A DNA stretch of 64,000 nucleotides. Origin: Ignavibacteriales bacterium (GTDB lineage: Bacteria > Bacteroidota > Ignavibacteria > UBA10030). This document shows positions 40,729 through 46,493 of the stretch, piece by piece. The notes below the pieces were generated by a model. That model did no database searches, was not told the DNA's origin, and was given only the letters and a program-made list of their open reading frames with translations. Numbering within the stretch: position 1 is the first letter of the stretch; each line of letters opens with the position of its first letter. A program made the position numbers and the translations under genes. Location: assembly GCA_026390595.1 (NCBI GenBank), contig JAPLFQ010000011.1, positions 5,340 to 69,339 of the forward strand, given 5' to 3'.

Positions 40729-40749
40729 CATCTTTGTTAACAAACAAAA

Positions 40750-41025
40750 TCACGGTTTCTCATCGGCGAGACGGCCTTCGAGCCGGACAATCCGATCCTG
40801 CAACTGGTTGATCAACTTTCGCTGCTCGACTGCAATGGAAACGACGATGCTCTCAAAGGGAATTGTCCGCATCGCATAAAAATTTTCCGCGAGGTGAAGT
40901 TTCGCCGCACGGAAGACATCGTCAAAGACGTTCTGGTCTTCTTTGCGAAGTCCCCGGCGGTATTTCGACCAGCTCGCAATTTCGCTGTCAATGATATTGG
41001 TAAACGTCGGGACAGTCCGCCCCAT
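40750..41025 (-). CDS. 91-aa protein of unknown function with a C-terminal coiled-coil-like helix
   Basis: Clean ORF immediately upstream of PolB on the same strand; no motif recognised. Confidence 0.55.
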   Translation of the reverse strand: MGRTVPTFTNIIDSEIASWSKYRRGLRKEDQNVFDDVFRAAKLHLAENFYAMRTIPFESIVVSIAVEQRKLINQLQDRIVRLEGRLADEKP

Positions 41026-41059
41026 ACCGATCGCTCCTTTCGTCTCCCATACTCATATT

Positions 41060-41150
41060 GTTTAACCACGGATCACACAGAAACCACACGGATTGCCACA
41101 GATTGTTTTGTCCGCGTAAATCCGTCACATCCGTGTCATCCGTGGTTATT
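41060..41150. repeat. CCACGGAT-family palindromic element, copy 1
   Basis: Terminal 10-bp perfect inverted repeat AACCACGGAT (41064-41073) / ATCCGTGGTT (41138-41147). Confidence 0.75.
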
Positions 41151-41167
41151 CTTTCCTGCGTTCATTC

Positions 41168-41542
41168 CTATTCGTCTTCGGCAAACGTCAGGATATATCC
41201 GTTGACGTCCTTGATGGAAAACTCCGTGGCTCCGTAAAACGTTTTTTCCAGTCCCTTGAGAACCGTGACTTTGTCTTTCACGCTTGTAAAAAAAACTCGG
41301 ATGTTCTTCAGCTTGATGTACAGCAGCAGCGAACCCCCATCGCGGCGGCTGACATCCGGCAACGCGTCACCCAGGCTGGTGAACGTCTGGAACATGAGAG
41401 AAACACTGCCGCAGGTCATCATCGCCCATACATAATCCCCCTGTTCGGGGACAGTCATGGCCAGCTCAAAGCCGAGGATTTTGTAAAACGCTATCGTTGC
41501 ATTCATGTCTTTTACAAAAATGTTTGGGGAGAGACTTTCCAT
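41168..41542 (-). CDS. VOC/glyoxalase-fold protein (bleomycin-resistance-like size)
   Basis: 124 aa with IFVKDMNATIAFYKILGFE and FSIKDVNGYILTF beta-alpha-beta-beta-beta modules. Confidence 0.8.
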   Translation of the reverse strand: MESLSPNIFVKDMNATIAFYKILGFELAMTVPEQGDYVWAMMTCGSVSLMFQTFTSLGDALPDVSRRDGGSLLLYIKLKNIRVFFTSVKDKVTVLKGLEKTFYGATEFSIKDVNGYILTFAEDE

Positions 41543-41590
41543 GGCTGCACCTTTTGTGTTGAGTGGGTGATGTTATGAACCAGGATTCGC

Positions 41591-41714
41591 TTTATCCATG
41601 TCAATCCGTAACAATCTGTGTTATCCGTGGTTGCTTTGTGTTTAACCACGGATTACACGGAAACAGCACGGATGATCACAGATTTGTTTAATCCGTGTCT
41701 TCTGTGGTTAATTT
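41591..41714. repeat. CCACGGAT-family palindromic element, copy 2
   Basis: Shares 43 + 14 identical nt with copy 3. Overlaps the last codons of the GxxExxY ORF. Confidence 0.75.
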
Positions 41715-42098
41715 CGATGCCTTTCGGTCATTCGTGAGGATTCGCCTGACGATCTGAGGTTTAGGCCCAAAGTTTAGCAACAACCCTACTTCAATCTCAG
41801 TGCTTTTTAAGTAGTTGATCAGCTGAGCTTCATGTTCGGGAGCAAGAACTTCTGCTGCTTTCAATTCCAGGACAACACAATCATTCACTACAAGATCTGC
41901 ATAGTAATCACCTACTCGTTGCGCGTCATAGAAAACTTCTACTCGTTTCTGTTGCTCACTGATCAATCCTTTCTTCCGCAGCTCGATCGCCAGGGCATTT
42001 TCATACACCTTCTCAAGAAAACCATAACCTAAACCATTGTAGACGGTATAGAAAGCGCTGATGATCTTTCCTGTGAGTGCTTCGTGTATCATAGACAT
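41688..42098 (-). CDS. GxxExxY protein (PD-(D/E)xK nuclease-like family)
   Basis: GYGFLEKVYENAL (G-x-x-E-x-x-Y), D..V....VLELK core, and NYL..T....GLLLNFG. Confidence 0.9.
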   Translation of the reverse strand: MSMIHEALTGKIISAFYTVYNGLGYGFLEKVYENALAIELRKKGLISEQQKRVEVFYDAQRVGDYYADLVVNDCVVLELKAAEVLAPEHEAQLINYLKSTEIEVGLLLNFGPKPQIVRRILTNDRKASKLTTEDTD

Positions 42099-42106
42099 GC
42101 TCCCTC

Positions 42107-42285
42107 ATCCATATCAATCTGTGTCATCCATGGTTGCTTTGTGTTTAACCACGGATTACACGGAAACAGCACGCCTGCCTGCCGAAGTGCCTTCGGCACG
42201 CAGGCAGGGATGATCACAGATTCATTTTCATCCGTGTAAATCTGTAACGATCCGCGTCATCCGTGGTTGCTTTGTCTTTATCCGC
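42107..42285. repeat. CCACGGAT-family palindromic element, copy 3, carrying a nested 35-nt hairpin insertion (42174-42208)
   Basis: 42131-42173 is identical to 41628-41670. 42209-42222 is identical to 41671-41684. Confidence 0.75.
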
Positions 42286-42937
42286 GCAGCGAGCGCTGGC
42301 CGGTCATCGTTCCTTTCTCCAGCAATACCACCGGTCGATTGGTGCCATCGTCTGTGAGCCGGTAGATCGTATCCATCCCGGTCTTGAGCGTCGTGAACAA
42401 CTGGTTGCGCTCCTTCGGCAGGACGTTCCACTCCGTGCATGCCAGCAGCACGGAAACGCCGTTTCCTTTGATATCCTGCAATGTCCCGAGCAGCCGCCGC
42501 AGAATTTGCTGCACTTCCCGGAACGACGCCTGTTCGTCATAGAATGTGTCGAGCAAGCCGAAGATCATCGCGATGTTTGAGCCAATGGACTCGAGAAACA
42601 GCGGCAACCGCGCACTGACCGCCTGCTCCATCTGGTAACAGGTAAAACCGCGGGAAATGAAAATGCGGCGCAGGAATTCATCCGGGTCGATGCGCCGCTC
42701 ACGCGCAAAGCGGGAGAGCAGATGCACATTGAACCGGTTACACCCATCCACCACCGCAACGGAACTCCCCTGTGTCATCGCATGGGCCGCCATCCTGAGT
42801 GAGAGATTGAAGATGAACTTGTCGCCGTACAATAGACAGACCTTGCCCGGGGGCGCAACAAATGATTGGACCAGCGCCTGGGAAGCGATGGGGCCTGGAA
42901 GATGTCCGGCATCCGAAGAGAACATCATAGCTGTCAC
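42278..42937 (-). CDS. RecA/RadB-fold protein with a degenerate Walker A (ImuA-like candidate)
   Basis: LLYGDKFIFNLSL occupies the place of G-x-x-G-x-GK-T/S. VVDGCNRFN, RIFISRGFTCYQ and VLLAC strands follow the RecA/Rad51-paralog pattern. Confidence 0.55.
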   Translation of the reverse strand: MTAMMFSSDAGHLPGPIASQALVQSFVAPPGKVCLLYGDKFIFNLSLRMAAHAMTQGSSVAVVDGCNRFNVHLLSRFARERRIDPDEFLRRIFISRGFTCYQMEQAVSARLPLFLESIGSNIAMIFGLLDTFYDEQASFREVQQILRRLLGTLQDIKGNGVSVLLACTEWNVLPKERNQLFTTLKTGMDTIYRLTDDGTNRPVVLLEKGTMTGQRSLRG

Positions 42938-42956
42938 TTCCTAGGTCAGCGTAGTA

Positions 42957-42985
42957 TTGACATAAGGGAAAGAATTATATATACT
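42957..42985 (+). promoter_or_regulatory. sigma-70-like promoter TTGACA-17nt-TATACT for the RHH-MazF-SRAP genes
   Basis: Read directly. An ATACT-N6-AGTAT palindrome (about 42981-42996) lies over and after the -10. Confidence 0.4.
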
Positions 42986-43020
42986 ATTGTCAGTATAATT
43001 ATCTATCTGAAGGTGGTTCT

Positions 43021-43263
43021 ATGCAAAAGGTCATGCTCACCCTGCCGGACGATCTCCTTGAGGAAATTGCCCGCGCCATGCAGCACAGCCAACAGAATCG
43101 GAGCGCGTTCGTCCGTCAAGCCGTGCGCGAGCACGTCGACCGTCTGAAGAAGAAAGAACGAGAGCAATTGATGGCCGAAGGATATTGCGAACAAGCTAAA
43201 GAAAACAAGCGCGACGCCAAAGCATACCTGAGAACAACTCGCGATCTCGGAGAAGACAAATAA
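43021..43263 (+). CDS. ribbon-helix-helix (CopG/MazE-type) antitoxin
   Basis: MQKVMLTLPDDLLEEI...RSAFVRQAV RHH motif. Its TAA overlaps the toxin ATG (TAATG). Confidence 0.75.
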   Translation: MQKVMLTLPDDLLEEIARAMQHSQQNRSAFVRQAVREHVDRLKKKEREQLMAEGYCEQAKENKRDAKAYLRTTRDLGEDK

Positions 43264-43616
43264 TGCCGTTCAAACGGGGTGATATTGTCTTGCTGCCATT
43301 CCCGTACGTTCAGAACTACAAAAAGGGGAAAACCCGCCCAGCACTCGTCGTCCAGAATAACATTGCAAACGAGTTTAGCCCCAATGTGATCGTGGCTTTG
43401 ATCTCTTTGGCCCTTCCGTCAAAAGCGTACCCAATGCATTTCTTGATTGACCTTGACGCCGAACCTCGCTGCGGACTAACCAAGAATTCAATTGTTAAAT
43501 CAGAGGTTGTCATCACGATTCCCAAAGAGGCCGTGGTACGAAAGTTGGGATCTCTGTCCAGCATGGCAATGAAAAGCGTCGACGAGTGTCTTCGAATAAG
43601 CCTGGCACTCGATTAA
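43263..43616 (+). CDS. MazF/PemK-family endoribonuclease toxin
   Basis: RGDIVLLPFP...GKTRPALVVQ signature; 117 aa. Confidence 0.85.
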   Translation: MPFKRGDIVLLPFPYVQNYKKGKTRPALVVQNNIANEFSPNVIVALISLALPSKAYPMHFLIDLDAEPRCGLTKNSIVKSEVVITIPKEAVVRKLGSLSSMAMKSVDECLRISLALD

Positions 43617-43639
43617 CTCTCTCACCCCCTTCACACCTT

Positions 43640-44359
43640 ATGTGCGGCCGCTACGCCATTATCGATGGAAAAAAAGTGCTTGTCGCCTACACGGCACTCA
43701 ACAAAGCGAAGATTACAGACACAGTGTTTCAAGAACTTCCGCTCTACAACGCTGCTCCCATGCAGCGCCTCCCCGTGTTTGCCGTCCGGCACGACGAGCT
43801 CGTTGCAGAACCGATGCAATGGTGGCTGATTCCTCACTGGTCAAAAGACGGAAAACCGGCGTTCTCCTCTTTCAACGCCAAAGCCGAAACGCTGGACCAG
43901 AGCAAGCTGTTCGCCACCTATTTCAAAGGAAGCCGCTGTCTCATTCCCGCCGATGCGTTCTACGAATGGCAGCGTGTGACAACAACGCAAGAGGTCCGCG
44001 GCAAGTCAAAGAAGGTTGAAGAAAAACATCCCATGTGCATCCGCATGAAGGACGAGGCCCCCATGCTGCTTGCCGGATTGTTTTCCATCTGGAAGGATGC
44101 AACGGGAAACGAGCGCCCCACGTTCACGATCATCACCACCGAACCGAACGAGTTGATGGCCCCGATTCATAACCGTATGCCCGTCATCCTGCCGGAACAG
44201 CACATCGAACAGTGGCTCGACCGGTCGTATAAGGACACCGCGAACCTTAAACAACTCCTCGCCCCCTACCCGGCAAAAAAGATGAAAGCCCACCGCGTTT
44301 CATCATTCGTCAGCAATCCGCGCAATGAGTCGGCGGAGTGTATGAAAGAGGTGGAATAG
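43640..44359 (+). CDS. SOS-response-associated peptidase (SRAP / YedK-HMCES family)
   Basis: The start MCGRY gives the catalytic Cys2. Also AAPMQ, WWLIPHW, FNAKAET, CLIPADAFYEW and MAPIHNRMPVIL. Confidence 0.9.
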   Translation: MCGRYAIIDGKKVLVAYTALNKAKITDTVFQELPLYNAAPMQRLPVFAVRHDELVAEPMQWWLIPHWSKDGKPAFSSFNAKAETLDQSKLFATYFKGSRCLIPADAFYEWQRVTTTQEVRGKSKKVEEKHPMCIRMKDEAPMLLAGLFSIWKDATGNERPTFTIITTEPNELMAPIHNRMPVILPEQHIEQWLDRSYKDTANLKQLLAPYPAKKMKAHRVSSFVSNPRNESAECMKEVE

Positions 44360-44406
44360 AAATCAGCGGCCTGCCCTGAGCGAGCTTCTTTTGCGAGTCG
44401 AAGGGT

Positions 44407-44455
44407 CAGCAATTAGCTTGTAGCCAACAGCTAATAGCTATCAGCTAAAAGCCGC
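44407..44455. repeat. heptamer array CAGCAAT TAGCTTG TAGCCAA CAGCTAA TAGCTAT CAGCTAA AAGCCGC
   Basis: Seven in-phase [CT]AGCNNN units read directly. Confidence 0.7.
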
Positions 44456-44468
44456 ATGTTTATACCTG

Positions 44469-45398
44469 TTACGCCACCTCCGCAAACAACGGATGCTGCA
44501 CGTTGACCGGCGCGCTGATCTGTTTCAGCGCGGGAAACGCTGCGACAAGATTCTGCGGCACGAGAACGCGGTGCTTATGGCGCACCAGATGCCGCAGCTG
44601 AAATCCGTTCACCAGTGAATTCGCCTCCGGGTCGTTGTGAAAAACGACAAAGGTCGTGCTGCCGCGCTGCCGCATCTGTTCAATCAGCGCGAGCAAATCT
44701 CCGAGTTCGCGGTCGTTGTACAGATAACGGTACCGGTCGCTGACAAGGTAGTTTCCGCTCTGGTGCTTCGTGAACGGACGATCCCACGTCATCACGTTTC
44801 TCCCCATCATCCGGAAGTATGCTGCACCGTTCCACGACTGACTCGTGAACGGCATATGCTGCTTGATGCCCGGCAGATCGACATTCACCATGTGGAGTTT
44901 GTTTTCCTGGAAGAAGTTGTACATCAACGGGCTGTTCCAGGAATTGTGCCGGACTTCCACAAACAGCCGATGTGGCTGGAACGCTTTTGCAAGCTGCATC
45001 AGGTACGTGCGGCGTTCACCGATGTTGGTAAAGGAATACGGGAACTGGATGAGGAGCCCTCCCAGTTTCCCGGCCGCAGCGAGGGGCTCCAGCATGCGGT
45101 GCACGGCCCGTACATCGCCGTAATCGGCTGTGTAGGTATGCGTAAATCCGTTGAAAAGCTTTACGGTAAAAATAAAATCCTTGTTCCCCGATACATCCGT
45201 CAGCCACCGCCGCGCATGGGCGGGCGACAGCGACGTGTTATAGAAGGTGGCGTTGATCTCGACGCTGTCGAAAAACTGGCTGTAGTACTCCAGCTTCCGA
45301 AAATCCTTTCTGGGACGCGGCGGATAAAAGACCTTGCTGAACGGCTCCAGATCCCATCCCCCCATCCCGACGAAGATTTTTTCCCGATCAAGATTCAT
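44469..45398 (-). CDS. DUF72 (YecE/UPF0759) family protein
   Basis: GMGGWDLEPF...FYPP, LEYYSQFFDSVEINATFY and FIFTVK. Confidence 0.9.
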   Translation of the reverse strand: MNLDREKIFVGMGGWDLEPFSKVFYPPRPRKDFRKLEYYSQFFDSVEINATFYNTSLSPAHARRWLTDVSGNKDFIFTVKLFNGFTHTYTADYGDVRAVHRMLEPLAAAGKLGGLLIQFPYSFTNIGERRTYLMQLAKAFQPHRLFVEVRHNSWNSPLMYNFFQENKLHMVNVDLPGIKQHMPFTSQSWNGAAYFRMMGRNVMTWDRPFTKHQSGNYLVSDRYRYLYNDRELGDLLALIEQMRQRGSTTFVVFHNDPEANSLVNGFQLRHLVRHKHRVLVPQNLVAAFPALKQISAPVNVQHPLFAEVA

Positions 45399-45514
45399 AG
45401 CGCCTCTCCTTCTCTGATCTGTGGTTTCCGAAAAGCGTTAAAATTATTACGCAAAGACGCGAAGAAAGATTTTAGAGTGAATCCCGACTTTGCGTGAGAT
45501 GCTTTTAAAAATAC

Positions 45515-45619
45515 TTGACAGCAACCGGAAATTTGCCTATCTTTGCCTGACCAATCATACGACATTTTTGTCGTCTTGTCAAGAAGAAAGTTGACAAAAT
45601 TGTCATTTGGGAATATTAC
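45515..45619. promoter_or_regulatory. divergent promoter region with two NGACA-N4-TGTCN palindromes (45560-45573, 45592-45605) and TTGACA-17-TATTAC (45591-45619)
   Basis: CGACATTTTTGTCG and TGACAAAATTGTCA read directly. The second overlaps the -35/spacer of a good sigma-70-like promoter facing the S24 repressor gene. Confidence 0.45.
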
Positions 45620-45721
45620 ACTACCAAGACACAAAGAACAGCGTCTATCGACTAACCGCCAATTAACCAATCACCATTTAACCAAAGGTTCTTCTCGCTC
45701 TTCCACGCGAAGGATTTTCTC

Positions 45722-46372
45722 ATGAAGCATACCATTGCACAACGGATCCGTCAGGCACGCACAGAGAAAGAAATGGACCAGGCAAAACTCGCTGCGAAGC
45801 TCGATGTAGCGGTGCGCACTGTGCAGCGATGGGAAAAAGGGGAGCAGGTGCCCGATAGCAATTACCTCATGCGTATCGCGAAGGTCACGGGCGTGGCGCC
45901 GCATTGGCTCCTCGCGGGCGCCGGCGAGATGTACGCCACGTCGCAGGGGGAATCGAAAATCATTCCATTGCCGACCAGCCGCTACAAGCGCGTGGAGCTC
46001 GTCTCGCTCCCGCTCCTCTCCTCCGTCCCAGGCGGCGCGCCGAGCTTGATGTTCCATCCCGACTACGTGGAGAAGTACATCACGGTCGACGACATCAAGG
46101 ATTCAAACGCGTTCGCGTTGGAGGTAAAAGGAAACAGCATGGCGCCGCGCATCGAAGACGGCGACATCATTGTCGTCAGTCCGAAGCTCGAGTCGCGCAC
46201 CGGGGACATCTGCGTGGTGCGCATAAACGAAGAGGATACAGTGAAGCGGGTTAAAATTGAAGATCAGTTCATCCATCTCATACCGCTGAATCAGGAATAT
46301 GAACCGATGGCGGTACGAAAGAAGGATGTGTCGTTTATGTGGAGAGTGGTGAAGGTGATCAAAAGCGTCTAG
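45722..46372 (+). CDS. XRE-HTH + S24 peptidase repressor (LexA/CI-like, self-cleaving type)
   Basis: The N-terminal HTH (IRQARTEKEMDQAKLAAKLDVAVRTVQRWEKG), an AG candidate cleavage site (LLAGAGE), the Ser in GNSMAP and the Lys in VKRV. Confidence 0.85.
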   Translation: MKHTIAQRIRQARTEKEMDQAKLAAKLDVAVRTVQRWEKGEQVPDSNYLMRIAKVTGVAPHWLLAGAGEMYATSQGESKIIPLPTSRYKRVELVSLPLLSSVPGGAPSLMFHPDYVEKYITVDDIKDSNAFALEVKGNSMAPRIEDGDIIVVSPKLESRTGDICVVRINEEDTVKRVKIEDQFIHLIPLNQEYEPMAVRKKDVSFMWRVVKVIKSV

Positions 46373-46386
46373 GGTGGTTCTGGATA

Positions 46387-46491
46387 GTGAACAGTAAATA
46401 GTGAACAGTTGCAACGGTGTACTGTTTTCTGTTCACGATGATGAATTTCTTTCACCCCCACGTCTCCCGTCTTACGTCTCACGTCTTCTTT
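46387..46491. repeat. 15-unit heptamer-phased array (GTGAACA GTAAATA GTGAACA ... CTCCCGT CTTACGT CTCACGT CTTCTTT)
   Basis: Phase 7 is held across 105 nt. The left words are the reverse complement of the middle words (GTGAACA / CTGTTCA). The 3' words recur at 33402-33425. Confidence 0.7.
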
Positions 46492-46493
46492 AT

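Noticed and set aside
41060-42285. A CRISPR array suggested by the three similar repeats
   Set aside because: The repeats are 90-180 nt, internally palindromic and of unequal length. Their spacing is about 400-500 bp, and each interval holds a complete gene. No cas genes are present.
42938-43020. An operator shared between the S24-repressor promoter and the RecA-like/PolB promoter region
   Set aside because: The 14-mer NGACA-N4-TGTCN found at 45560-45605 does not recur here. Only TTGACA ... TTGTCA separated by about 25 nt and a different ATACT-N6-AGTAT palindrome are present. Co-regulation therefore remains unproven.
37009-46372. A prophage or integrative element explaining the accessory character of 37-46 kb
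   Set aside because: No integrase/recombinase, capsid, terminase, tail or conjugation genes are present, and no flanking tRNA or direct-repeat att sites were seen. The XRE/S24 repressor alone is insufficient.
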